64,000 nucleotides of DNA from Squalus acanthias (taxonomy: Eukaryota). Positions 47,265-59,383 of this stretch are shown one piece after another; within the stretch, counting starts at the first letter, position 1, and each line of letters opens with the position of its first letter. The stretch spans positions 1,054,001 through 1,118,000 of the forward strand of contig JASTWF010000048.1 of NCBI GenBank assembly GCA_030390025.1. The letters run 5' to 3'. The notes under the pieces are model-generated. The model searched no databases. It saw only the letters and a program-made list of their open reading frames with translations, and was not told the origin of the DNA. The translations under genes were made by a program, and so were the position numbers.

Positions 47265-50260
47265 GATATATTAGGCTTGGAGGTGACACAGTGCAGATTC
47301 ACCAAAATGTTACTAGGTCTAAACGGGTTAAACTTTAAAGGCAGGGTGCATAGGCTAGGCTTGCATCTAATACTCAACTAAATTATTGCCCTGATTCGGA
47401 AATTGGCTGATCGGCAGTAGGAATAATGAGCAGGTACTCAAATTGGCAGGATGTGACTCGTGGTGTCCCGCAGGGATCGGTGTTTGGGCCTCAATTTTCA
47501 CAGTATTTATTAATGACTTAGATGATGGCAGAAAAAGTCATATATTCAAATTTGACGATGACACAAAGATAGTTGGCATTGTAGACAGTGTAGATGGATG
47601 CATAACATTACAAAGGAATATCTACAGATTAATCAATGGGCAAAACTGTACCAGATGGATTTCAATAGGGAAATGTGAGGTCATCCACTTTGGACCTAAA
47701 AAGGATAGAACAGCATACTTTCTAAATAGTGAAAATCTAAAAACCGTGGGGATCCAAAGAGATTTGGGGGTACAGGTACATAGATCATTAAAATGTCATG
47801 AACAGGTACAGAAAATAATCAAAAAGGCTAATGGAATGATGGCCTTTATATCTGTAGGAGCAGAATACAAGGGCGTCGAAGTTATGCTGCAGCTATACAA
47901 AGTCCTGCTTAGACCACACCTGGAGCACTGTGAGCAGTTCTGGGCACTTCACCTTGGGAATGATATATTGGCCTTGGAGGGAGTGCAGCGTAGGTTTACC
48001 AGAATGATACCCGGACTTCAAGGGTTAAGTTACGTGGAGAAATTAAACAAGTTAAGGTTGAATTTCCTGGACTTTAGAAGGTTAAGGGGTGATCTGATCG
48101 AAGTTTTCAAGATATTAACGGGAACAGATAGGGCAGATAGAGATAAATTATTTCCGCTGGGTGGGGAATCTAGGACTTGGGAGCAAAGTCTAAAAAATAG
48201 AGCCAGACGTTTCAGGAGTGAAATTAGGAAACAGTTCTACACACAAAAAGGCTGGTAGAAGTTTGGAACTCTCTTCTGCAAACGGCAATTGATGCTAGAT
48301 CAGTTGTTAATTTTAAATAGGAGATTAATAGCTTTTTGATAACCAATGGTATTAAGGGATATGGGGCAAAGGCGGGTATATGGAATCTGGTCGCAGAACA
48401 GCCATGGTCTCACTGAATGGTGGAAAAGGCTCGAGGGCCTGAATGGCCGACTCCTTTTCCAATGTTCCTAGTTTTATTAATGATTCAGATGTAGATGTTT
48501 GGGCTACGATCTCCAAATTTGCAGATGATACTGAGATCTGCGCATGTGACGGGACTATTCTTGTGCTTCAGGTGGATCACGGATGTACTGGGGTATTAAT
48601 GGCCTTGTGACTGGCAAATTATGTTTAATTTGGAGAAGTGCAATTTTCTGCATGTCGGCAGGGCGAATGCTCAACATACATACACCGTTCTGAAAGAATG
48701 AACTCTGGGCATTCTAGTGCATACATCTCAAAAGGTTCATGAACAATGCCATGAAGTGATTGCTGGAGGGAATAGAGTGTTTTGGTGCATTGATAGAACA
48801 ATTGATTAGAAGACAAGGCGTACTAATTTGTCATTATTTCGGATCTTGATCAGGCCTCATTTGGAATACCTGTGCCCAGTTTTGGTCTCCTCACATGGTG
48901 AGTGATATTGAGGCTTTTGAAAGGGTGCAGACATGTACCACTAGATGAATTCCCGGTTTAAAATATTTTTGTGTTTGTTCGTTCATGTGATGTGGGCGTC
49001 GCTGGCAAGGCCGGCAGAGCCCATCTCTAATTACCCTGGAGGAGGTGGTGGTGAACCGCCTTCTTCAACCGCAGAGGGCAGCTCAGAGTCAACTACATTG
49101 CGATGGGTCCAGAGTCACATACAGGCCAGACCGGGTAAAGACGGCAGATTTCCTTCCCTAAAGGACATTAGTGAAGCAGATGGGTTCTTAACAACAATCC
49201 GGTAGTTTCATGTTCACCATTACTGATAATAGCTTTTTAATTCCAGATTAATTTAATTAATTGCATTGACATTCCCCAGCTGCCTGTGGCGTGATTTGAA
49301 CTCACATCTCTCGGATCATTAAGAAAGAAAGATTTGCATTTATATAGTGCCTTGTAATGTGGGAAACGCGGCAGCCAGTTTGCACACTGCAAAGTCCCAC
49401 AAAGAGCAATGTGATAATGACGAGATAATCTGTTTTTGTTAGTTCCAGTAACATGACCACTATGCTACCGTACCCGAATAAAATATCTTATCTTTCAAGA
49501 TAGGCTAAAAGAGCTGGGACTCACCAATTTAGAAAAGTGTAGACTGAGCTGATTGAGGTGTATAAGATAATGAAGAGAATAGCTGGTGATCGAGTTGAAA
49601 ATTTGTTCCAATTAAATGGATTAGGTCACAATTTTGAGTTGTGTAAGGCCAGATCTAGATAAGCTGTCAGGAGATTTAGCAGAATGGTCCGGGTCTGGGA
49701 GATCTCAGCTAAAGGACAGGTTGGAGAAGCTGGATATGTTTTCATTAAAGCAAAGGAGGTTGAGGGGTGATTTGATAGAGGTGTACAAGATTGTGACGGG
49801 TTTGGTTAGGCTAGACGGGGAACGGCTATTCCCACAAGTTGATGGGACAAGGAGTAGGGGGCACAGATTTAAGGTTTTGGCCAAGAGATACAGGGGGGGA
49901 TGTGAGGAAAATCTTATTTACGCAGCGAGTTGTGATGACCTGGAACTCGCTGCCGACGGAAGTGGTGGAAGCGGAGACACTCAATCATTCAAGGGGAGGC
50001 TGGATAGGTACTTGAGGGAAATAAACTTGCAGGGCTACGGGGATAGAGCGGGGCGAATGGGACTGACTGGATTGCTCTACAGAGAGCCGGCAGGGACTCT
50101 TGGTCCGAATGGCGTCCTTCTGTGCCGTTATGACTCTATGATGTAATTGAAAGCCGGAACAGGCTCGAGGGGTCGAATGGCCTTCTCCTGTTCATGTGTA
50201 AGAGGCTCGTGGTCATGAATGACCTCCTGTTCCTATGTCCGTATGTACAGAGGTTTAGGG
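47265..50260 (+). mobile_element. Series of decayed CR1 fragments with a nested SINE
   Basis: ORFs 47443-48258 and 49634-50146. Confidence 0.8.
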
Positions 50261-50584
50261 AGGGAATCCAGAGATTATAGCCTAGATTGTAGAAGGTACA
50301 GCCACCAAAGGAAGTGAGGAATGCACATGACACCATAATTGGGAGACTTCAGAGAGCAAGGATATCTGCTGTTTGAAGATTATTTATAAAACCCTCACCC
50401 TCCCCCAACTCAGTCACATTCATTGTTTCACCTTAGAAATTATTATATTCTGCAGGTAGAAATGTAATAAATGGGCGAATGCACCGTTTTAGGATTATAT
50501 TTCTGAAGAAAGTTCTCCAGCCGAAAAGTTAACTCGGATTTTGTCTTGGCTGCGGAAACGCCTGCATATTTTCTCTCTTCATTT

Positions 50585-50990
50585 CCCTTCTTCCAGGGAC
50601 CTGAGCAAAAAAATCTAGGCTGACGCTACAGTGCAGTGCTGACAGAGCGCCGCACAGTCGGAGGTGCCGTATTTCGGATGAGATGTTAAACCGAGACATC
50701 TGCTCTCTCAGGTGGATGTAAAATTTCACATGACACTAATTCGATGAAGAGCAGGGTGCAGTTCTCCCCGTGTCGTTTGGCCAATATTTATACCTCAATC
50801 TACATCATTAAAACAGATTATCTGGTCATTATCAGAATTGCTAATTGTGGGAGCTTGCTGAGCGCTAATTGGCTGCCGCGTTTCCTACATTACAGCAGTG
50901 ACTACTGTTCAAAAATACTTTATTTGGCTGTAAAGCGCTTTGAGACGTCCAGTGGTCGTGAAGGGCGCTATATAAATGCAAGTCTTTATT
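50585..50990 (+). mobile_element. Deu-domain SINE (SacSINE1/AmnSINE1-like)
   Basis: Deu core gtcggaggtgccgtatttcggatgagatgttaaaccgag..ctctcaggtggatgtaaaa; L2-type tail gcgctatataaatgcaag; second copy at ~57010-57310 (-). Confidence 0.8.
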
Positions 50991-51607
50991 TTCATGTCTC
51001 TCTCTCCCTGTCTGTGGGCATCAGAGTCATTGGGTATGTGTTACATTCAGGCCACCTAAACTGTGCCCATTCAGCTTGCGTAACTGGGAACAGCACCTCC
51101 CGGAGACAAGGCCCATCGTTTCACTGTTTCATCAGAGATAGACGCCTCACTCTGTGCTCTCAGTTTCGTCCTAACCCGTCCGTCCGTCCGATTCGAGATG
51201 ATAGACAGACACGNNNNNNNNNNNNNNNNNNNNNNNNNNNNNNNNNNNNNNNNNNNNNNNNNNNNNNNNNNNNNNNNNNNNNNNNNNNNNNNNNNNNNNN
51301 NNNNNNNNNNNNNNNNNNNNNNNNNNNNNNNNNNNNNNNNNNNNNNNNNNNNNNNNNNNNNNNNNNNNNNNNNNNNNNNNNNNNNNNNNNNNNNNNNNNN
51401 NNNNNNNNNNNNNNNNNNNNNNNNNNNNNNNNNNNNNNNNNNNNNNNNNNNNNNNNNNNNNNNNNNNNNNNNNNNNNNNNNNNNNNNNNNNNNNNNNNNN
51501 NNNNNNNNNNNNNNNNNNNNNNNNNNNNNNNNNNNNNNNNNGACAGATAGTCAGAGAGAGGGAGACAGACAGCACTATTTCCCACAGGTGTTTCCTGCCC
51601 CCTTTGG

Positions 51608-51646
51608 GGTTTTTGTAGAGCTCCTTCATCTCTCTGAGTCACTGTG
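51608..51646 (-). other. 23-RSS of V-A1 (CACAGTG-23-ACAAAAACC, consensus)
   Basis: Exact heptamer, spacer length and nonamer. Confidence 0.97.
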
Positions 51647-52262
51647 AAGACTCCAGGCGCAGTAATACACTGGCCGAGTGATTTGCCCGCAGGCTGGCGG
51701 ACTCCAGGTAAAAGTGGGTGTCGTCGGGTCTCCTGGCGGTGAAACCGTCCACTTGATCGGAGGGAGTGACCATTTGCTTGTAGTTGGAATAGAAAAGGTT
51801 CTGAGGCTCGCGGTCAGGATGCCAGCGGTACCAGTAGAAATAGGAGCTAGCTGCTGCTTCTGTGTAAAGGCACTCGATGCTCACCGGAGTGCCCGGGGAT
51901 TTGGATATGGAAGCGGGTGTCTGTTGGATCAGCACGGCCCCCACATCTGTAAAACAGATAAAGAGAGAGAGAATAAATCCATTGTCAAATTACCCATAGA
52001 CACCGCTAAGAAGGGGCGGACGAGCGGAGAGAGAATGAGGGAGAGAGGGGCCGAGAGAGGCCGCGAGAAAAAGCAGAATGGAGTGAGAGAGTGAGAGAGA
52101 GCGGGAAGGACAGAGAGAGAGAGAATGAGATACAGAAAGAGATAAACCTAGCGACGATTACACATGGATAGGGGACGAGAAGGAGTACACGAGGAGAGAG
52201 CGATAGAAAAGTGAAAGAAAGAGACAGAGACAGAGAGACATAGAGACAAAGAGAGACACACA

Positions 52263-52294
<32 letters not shown>

Positions 52295-52660
52295 TGTGTA
52301 ATACAAATAGACAGTCAGGCAGTAAGACAGTAAAGAGAGAGACAGACAGACTGAGATACAGAGACAGAGAGGCAGAGAGAGAGACAGAGAGAGAGAGCTA
52401 GGAAGAGAGACAGACAGAGATATCGAGACAGAGAGCGAGAGACAGAGAGAGATAGAGAGCGAAAGAGACAGGCAGAAAGAGCAAACTGTAAACCGAGGGA
52501 CCGAGCCTCAACACCAAGCCGTGGAGTGAAGGAGCCCACGAGGCGGTTAATCCCAAAGGGGACACACGGGGTAATAACAGTGAGGATGACTGAAACTCAC
52601 AGCCCAGCTCACCTTACCCGTTAACACCAGCAACACAACCCAGAGCTGAGACACAGCCAT
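51647..52660 (-). pseudogene. TRBV: V segment A1 (family A, D-proximal): leader 52618-52660, V exon 51647-51946, +1 frameshift before YYC
   Basis: Leader MAVSQLWVVLLVLT; DVGAVLIQQTP..IEC..YFYWYRW..; one extra base at 51671 relative to paralog A2 (300 vs 299 nt). Could be an assembly error, as it is ~130 nt from a gap. Confidence 0.85.
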
Positions 52661-52694
52661 CTGTGGAGGGAGAAAGATCCGAGTGTTTATGCTG

Positions 52695-52704
52695 TGATGT
52701 CACT
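52695..52704 (-). promoter_or_regulatory. V-beta promoter decamer AGTGACATCA (CRE-like)
   Basis: Exact match to AGTGAYRTCA, 35 nt upstream of the ATG; GC boxes, CCAAT and ETS motifs at 52790-52860. Confidence 0.75.
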
Positions 52705-52964
52705 GAGCCGTTTTATTGCAGAACATCTCAAAGCTCTGAGCACTGACTGGAACTTACTGTCCCCTCCTCTCCGATGTTAAACTTGCGGATGGGCGGGGCC
52801 AATCTCTCTTCACTTGTTCCTTGGCTTCCACATCGTGACTGGTCATTTCCGGGGCGGGGATAATGAGGATCCCGGGTAATCCCTTTGACGGCGGAGTCTG
52901 CTGTACTTTAAATCTGCCACAACCCCGAGGCGAGTGAGGGAGTGAGTAAAGGGAGTTATACTCC

Positions 52965-53142
52965 CTGCCCCTACACTTGCTTAAAAATCTGTTACATCTC
53001 CAACGTTTTCCAGTTCTGACGAAGGGTCATCGACCTGAAACGTTAATTATTTTTCTCTCTCTACAGATGCTGTCTGACCTGCTGAGCATTTCCAGCATTT
53101 TCTGCTTTGATTCCACATTTTCAGCATCCGCAGTATTTAGCG
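52965..53142 (+). mobile_element. Penelope pseudo-LTR with intact hammerhead core (53012-53048)
   Basis: Near-identical to 46845-47025; absent from the paralogous position near 60655; gggagttata on both flanks. Confidence 0.8.
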
Positions 53143-53524
53143 TTTGTGTAGGGAGTTATACGGTCTGTCTGACTCATTCTGTATCGAAACAATGAATGAG
53201 GGGCTGCACTCGGAGACTAACCATAGAGCGAAGAGGCTTTACTCTGTATGTAACTGCTCTCACTGTATCTAATCCCGTGCTGTCCCTGTATCTAACCCGT
53301 GCTGCCCATATATCCAGCACCTGCAGTCCCTGTATCGAACCCCTGCTGTCTCTGTATCTAACGCCTACTCTCCCTGTAACTAACCTGTGCTGATTCTGTA
53401 TCTGAAGCGTGGTGTCCCTATATATAACTCGTGCTGCCCATTCTCACCGCCCTCCCTCTGAGTGAACATCACACCCAACGATACAGCGACTGGTTTGGTC
53501 CTTAGGCCCGGACTCAGCGCACAC

Positions 53525-53563
53525 GGTTTTTGTTGCACTGCCCCGGCTCCTTGTGTCACTGTG
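53525..53563 (-). other. 23-RSS of V-B1 (consensus)
   Basis: CACAGTG-23-ACAAAAACC. Confidence 0.97.
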
Positions 53564-53859
53564 ACGCCGCCACGCGCAGTAATACACCCCCGTGTGGTTC
53601 GCTCGCAGGCGGGACGTTTGGAGGTGAAAGTTGGAGTCGTCGGATCTAGAGGCGGTGAAGCCGTCCACCTCTCCCGCCGGGTCGATGCGGTCGGTATTGG
53701 GAGAGTAGAAAAGCAGCAGGAGCTCTCCGTCTGGGAGCTGGCGGTACCAGGAAAACACTGAATCGAAGCTGCTCTCTGCAGAACAGCGGATCTGCAGCGG
53801 CGAGTGCAGAGAATCGGAGATTACAGGCGGACTTTGCTGAACTTTGCCGCCCGCTACAA
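53564..53859 (-). CDS. TRBV: V segment B1 (family B), V exon, apparently intact
   Basis: VAGGKVQQSPPVISDSLHSPLQIRC..FSWYRQ..LLFYS..GFTASR..GVYYCAWRR; open frame, both Cys and the Trp present, cag acceptor. Confidence 0.93.
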
Positions 53860-53910
53860 CTGCGAATATTAGGAAAATGATTCGGTTAAAACAGGGGGCC
53901 GTTCACAGTC

Positions 53911-54298
53911 ATAGAATCATAGAAACATAGAAGATAGGAGCAGGAGTAGGCAATTCGGCCCCTCGAGCCTGCTCCGCCATTCAATGCGATCATGGCTGAT
54001 CATCCAAATTCATTGCCCTGTCCCTGCTTTCTCCCCATATCCCTTGATTCCCCTTAGCCTCAAGAAATATATCTAACACCTTCTTGAATATATTTAATGA
54101 ATTTGCATGAACTGCCTTCTGTAGTAGAGAATTCCACAGGTTCACCACTCTCTGGGTGAAGAAATTCCTCCTCCTCTCAGTCCTAAATGGCTTACCCCTT
54201 ATTCTTAGACTGTGACCCCTGGATCTGGACTCCCCACCATCGGAACATCCTTCCTGTATCTAGTCTGTCGAGTCCTGTTAGAATTTTATAAGTTTCAA
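53911..54298 (-). mobile_element. CR1 3' fragment inserted in the V-B1 leader intron
   Basis: CR1 tail sequence; absent from the paralogous intron near 62000. Confidence 0.9.
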
Positions 54299-54341
54299 TG
54301 TCGGAGGCAAACCGCGCCAAGCAATGCCGACGGAGACTTAC

Positions 54342-54384
54342 TGTGCAACAGCAGCGCAGACACAAGACACCGGGTTAAATGCAT
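54342..54384 (-). CDS. TRBV: Leader exon of V-B1 (MHLTRCLVSALLLH)
   Basis: ATG, hydrophobic core, gtaag donor, phase 1, 43 nt. Confidence 0.85.
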
Positions 54385-54485
54385 TTTTTTTCAAAGTTTG
54401 CACCAGAGAATCAGGCCGGGAATATTGTTAAAAAATCTGCTCTCCCGGCAGCTGCGTGGCGGCTTTATGTAACGGCAGTTCTGTT

Positions 54486-54565
54486 TGATTGACAGCTGCT
54501 GGCCGCACACTCCAGACCCCGCCCCCTTACAGGCTGATTGACAGCTGTCGACTTAACCCCGCCCC
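54486..54565. promoter_or_regulatory. Family-B V promoter module: 2 x (TGATTGACAGCTG + GC box)
   Basis: TGATTGACAG at 54486 and 54535, also at 62182 and 62230 in the paralog. Confidence 0.55.
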
Positions 54566-55839
54566 TCCCAGCTTCTCTCGACACTTCACGTCACTGAAGT
54601 CCTCATCCCTGCTACCATTCTGGTAAATCTCCCCTGCAGGCTCTGTCTGGCCTCGACATCCTTCCGAAGGCGCGTTGATCAGGTTTGGGCTCACTTTTCT
54701 AGCTGGGGCTGGAGAAAAGCCTTTTTCAATTGTACAACATGAAAACAAGAACGAACTATGTTGTGGAGCAAGCTCGTGCTCAATTCGATTCTGACACGGC
54801 ACCAGAAATAAAACAGTAAATTGGACAAAATTGAAATACATCGTGGTGGTAAAATGCAATCCGGCGGGGTGCTGGTTTCGCAAACAGTTCCGGTTCAGTT
54901 TAAAATCCGCTCCGGTTTGATTGGCAAAGTGTCAGACCCGGAAGTTGCATCAAACATTTGCAATCGCCCCGAGAGCAACTAAACACAATTAGCAGCAAAT
55001 AAATTAAATTGGGTCACAGAATTCAACATCTGATTTTGATGATGTTTGAATCGTTACAGAATTATTGNNNNNNNNNNNNNNNNNNNNNNNNNNNNNNNNN
55101 NNNNNNNNNNNNNNNNNNNNNNNNNNNNNNNNNNNNNNNNNNNNNNNNNNNNNNNNNNNNNNNNNNNNNNNNNNNNNNNNNNNNNNNNNNNNNNNNNNNN
55201 NNNNNNNNNNNNNNNNNNNNNNNNNNNNNNNNNNNNNNNNNNNNNNNNNNNNNNNNNNNNNNNNNNNNNNNNNNNNNNNNNNNNNNNNNNNNNNNNNNNN
55301 NNNNNNNNNNNNNNNNNNNNNNNNNNNNNNNNNNNNNNNNNNNNNNNNNNNNNNNNTTGTTTGTCTTTCATTCTTTGTCTCTCTCTTTTTGTCTTTCTTT
55401 CCTCATTCATTTTTTATGACTTTTTTGTCATTCTTTCTTAGTTGCTTTCTCTCCGAGGCTCCGTGTGAGATCGTAGAAATGGTGAGGTGGATAAACAACT
55501 TCTGTCTCCCTCAAATTCCACATTCTCAACACTCTCCGTGTCATTAGTTTTTTTCCTGAATTCCTCTTTTTTATTGTTGTAGTGACTATCTTACATACGT
55601 TGCTCCTATTTTGAATCAATCCCACAAGTAGAAACACAATCTCTACGTCTACCCTATCAAAGCCTTCCATAATCTTAAATTAATCAAGTGTGGTCTAACA
55701 ACGCTATATGGAGACCAGCACTGTGTCCGGTATTCTAAGTGAGGACTAACCAAGTTACATGGAGATTAGAACTGAGTGCTGAGCTCTGATCTCTGAATCC
55801 TCTGTAAACTTACACAAATCAGAGGGCAGCTCGCCCGAG

Positions 55840-56605
55840 GATTTTTGTCGAGGCGGCGGATGACTCTGAACCTCCACGGTCCTCGTAATGGCAAACCGGC
55901 TCCCAAAACCCTCTCCATACTGAGCTTCACTGCTTAAATAATTATAAATGAGAAGTCGCACAACACCAGGTTATAGTCTAACAATTTTATTTAAAATTAC
56001 GAGCTTTCGGAGCTTTTGCCCCTTCGTCAGGTAAAGGTACAGTGAGGGAATCGGTTACACAGTATATAAACACAGAAAGCAATTTGTCTGCCGAGATACA
56101 ATCTTTCAGGGAGGCATTACATCAAAGACACACCAGAGCATAGCCAAGACAATGAGATGTGTCACAGGGGGTCCAACGTGTCAAATCCTGCCGTCTGCAG
56201 TTGAGCTTGTCACTTTTTTTTGGTTTTTTTGGGGGGGTTTGTGTTTTTTTTTTAAACTGGAAAGACAGACAACGATGTCGAGTCACGTTCTGTAGCGTGA
56301 CATGAACCCGAGATCCCTATTGAGGCCGAAACAGCTCCGAAAGCTCGTAATTTTAAATAAAACTGTTGGACTATAACCTGGTGTTGTGCGACTTCTCAGT
56401 TTTGTACACCCCAGTCCAAAACCGGCATCTCCGCATCATAAATAAATAGACCCGATGTAGGTGAATCCTTGTCCAGCGGATTGCCGATACCACAGCATGT
56501 TATTGCGGGCTGTTCCATTCAGATAACAATTTAATTCATCCTCTCCTCGCGGATCAACAGTAATCGAAGGCGGCGACTGATGGATCTCATCCGCCAGCGG
56601 ACAGT
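55840..56605 (-). pseudogene. TRBV: V segment C (third family), disrupted by an insertion and a 3' deletion
   Basis: DEIHQSPPSITV..LNC..MLWYRQSAGQGFTYIGSIY / NYLSSEAQYGEGFGSRFAITR; no YYC or heptamer, but nonamer ACAAAAATC remains at 55840-55848; no AG acceptor at the expected place. Confidence 0.9.
55950..56441 (-). mobile_element. 5'-truncated Penelope-like insertion with inverted terminal arms and a hammerhead (55997-56034)
   Basis: Same arms as the 37391 element; internal GLNRDLGFMSRY C-terminus on the minus strand; TSD ATAAAT. Confidence 0.85.
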
Positions 56606-57309
56606 TGGAAAAAGAGACGGCAGAGATGATTTTAAAAATCGGATGTAATTGAGAAACTCGATTGGCTTTTCAAATTAAGCCCGGGGCTGGCAAGCCGGCA
56701 CTGTGGAGCCGCCGATTCCCAAACACCTGTTAAAATCAACCCAATAATTCTGGGATTATCACCAAATGAACAACATAATGGCGATTATCCTACAGTTAGT
56801 CAAGAAAGAACGAGATTCTGCAAACTTAAATTGTAATAAAAATCTATGCATCAATAAATAATAAAACAGCTAAAATAACATTAAACGCCTTAAGTTTTGG
56901 TAGATTAAAATAAATTATCTATTTAAATATTTGATTGCTAGAGAGTCGCTAATTTTTATACATGTGTAAAATCCAAGGTCAGAACCGGAAGTTGCGTAGG
57001 TAAACAGAACGCACGAGCTTGCATTTCTAAAGCACTTTCACGACCTCAGAACGTCCCAAAGCGTTTTGCTTCCAATGAAGTACTTTTGAAGTGTAGTCGC
57101 GTTCATAATATAGGAAGCTCGGCAGCTCAATCCGCGCAGAGGCAGGTCCCACAAAGCGCAACGTGATACGTCAAAAGGTAATTTGCTTTTAAGTGATTTT
57201 GTTTCAGGGAAACATATTGGCCAGGACAACGGGAGAAATAAGAAACAGTGTGCGTGCGAAACTTTACGTCCACCTGAGAGGGCAAACAGGGCCTAGGTTT
57301 AATTGCTCC

Positions 57310-57590
57310 CTCACTACTGCCACTCTGAAAGTGCAGTGCTCCCTCTGAACCAGCCCTCCGACAATGCAGCGCTCACTCGGCACTGCACCTCCGACAGTGC
57401 AGCACTACCTCAGCACGACCCCTTCGACAGTGCTGCATTTCCATCAGTACTGCCTATTTGACATTGCAGCATTTCCATCAGTACTGACTCTCCAACAGTG
57501 CAGCATTCCATCAGCACAGACCCCCGACAGTGCAGCGCTCTATCAGTACTGCCCTCCGTCAGTGCAGCATGATACGGAGTGCACTGTCTG
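57310..57590. repeat. ~33-nt minisatellite (actgcccctccgacagtgcagcactccctcagt-like)
   Basis: About 8 degenerate tandem units. Confidence 0.8.
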
Positions 57591-59119
57591 AAAATGCGAT
57601 GGAAGTAAATTAAATAATACGTTTCAAATAGGAATTGGCTATACATTTGAAAACGAACATAAATTAAGTGCTATTGGATAAGAGCAGGGGTTGGGACTGT
57701 TTGTATAGGGGAGACCAAAACTCGTGGTCATAAATATACCCTAGTCACGAATACATATGCAAGGGAATTCAGGTGCACTCTACTTACTCAAAGAGCGGTG
57801 AGAATATTTCACTTTTTACCACTAGGAGTGGTTGAAGTGAATAGCATAGATGCATTGAAAAGGAAGCTATATAAGCACAGGCGTGATAAAATAATCGAAG
57901 GATTTGCTGATTGGATGAGATGAAAAGTGCTGGAAGGTGTATCATGTGGAACTAATTGGATAGCTCTTTCTAACAGCCGGACCGAGATCAATGGGCCGAA
58001 TTGCCTCCTTCTGTGCTGTACAATTAATGATTATATAAACCACTGAACATTGTTGCTTCAAAGTTCCCTCCAGTTTCAGGCAGTGCTAGTTTGAGTTCCC
58101 ATGCGCTGAACGAGAATTAAAGGCTTACATTCTTCGCGGGGCTGCACTCCGAGATTCTTTGAAAAATAAATCAAATGGCATCAAGAGTCTGATAGACAGG
58201 TTGGTTAACGGTTTTAAACAGACACTCAAACATCTATCAGGAGGCAGGTGTTCCAGTGAGAAACGGATCTGGAGCAGCATCTCGTCTTTGCACAGGGTGA
58301 AACATCGATCACACGGTTAAGGGTTCTAAGATGAACAGTTTGTTATTTGTATGGGAATGTGCCCCTCAGAGCAGAGAAGGGTAAGGGGAGATTTGAAAGA
58401 GCTGTTCAAAAGCAGGAATATTTTTCAAGGATTAAGTATGCAGAAACTGTATCCAGTGTCAGGAGGGTCGATAATCAGAGGAGGCAGATTAGGGTAATTG
58501 ACAAAAGAGCCAGAGGGCGAGATGAGTCGAATCTTTCTCCTCAGTGAATTGTTCTGATCTGGAATGCGCTGTCTGAACGGGTGGTGAAGCAGATTCAATA
58601 GTATTTTTTGAAAAGGGATTTGGATAAATACTTGATGCGGAATTATATTCAGTGCTATGGGGATCGGGTCAAGCGATTGTGACCAATTGGATAGCTCCTT
58701 CAAAAATAACGCACAATGGACCGAATGGCCTTCCTCTGTGCTATATCATTCTATGATTCTATGATAATCAGCGCATCTCTCGGCGCTATTGCGATAGCGC
58801 AATTAACAGGAGAGATAAGTACCTCCTCCGATAGCGTGAGCTTGGGAACTATTCCCTGGTATAATCGGGAGCTTTTCGTAATTCCTTCCCATTATCCTAC
58901 GGCCGTTCTTTCAACACTAACACTAACCCATTTACCCCACCTCATAATCTGTTGTTAAAATGTAGATGAAAGGACATTCGAAAGGTTAAACAGGATTTTT
59001 AATAATTAATAATTTATCGTAATGATCTGCAGCGAAAGAGACTAAGAAGATGAATCAGTATGAATAAAAAAGTAATCCTTGATAACACATTTATTTGAAC
59101 GGTATGATTAAAGAATAGC

Positions 59120-59340
59120 GATAGATAGATGAGAAAACTCTAGATAGATAGATGATAGATAGATAGATATTGAGATAGAACGATCACAGCTGGATAGATA
59201 GATCGATGACAGATCGATGGATAGATGGGAGATGGATAGAGAGATAGATAGTTAGATAGATCGATAGACAGACTGACAGACAGGCAGATAGATGGATAAA
59301 TGCGTAAAGAGACACACAAACAGACTCACAGACAGACAAC
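59120..59340. repeat. (GATA)n/(GACA)n degenerate microsatellite
   Basis: Seen directly in the sequence. Confidence 0.9.
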
Positions 59341-59383
59341 GAGACAAATCTGTCTTCCACGGTTATTTTCCGCCGCCTTTTGG

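Noticed and set aside
50744-51647. ORFs spanning N runs (also 7478-7864, 55009-55547, 62704-63218)
   Set aside because: Artefacts of assembly gaps at 7627-7761, 51214-51541, 55068-55356 and 62821-62993
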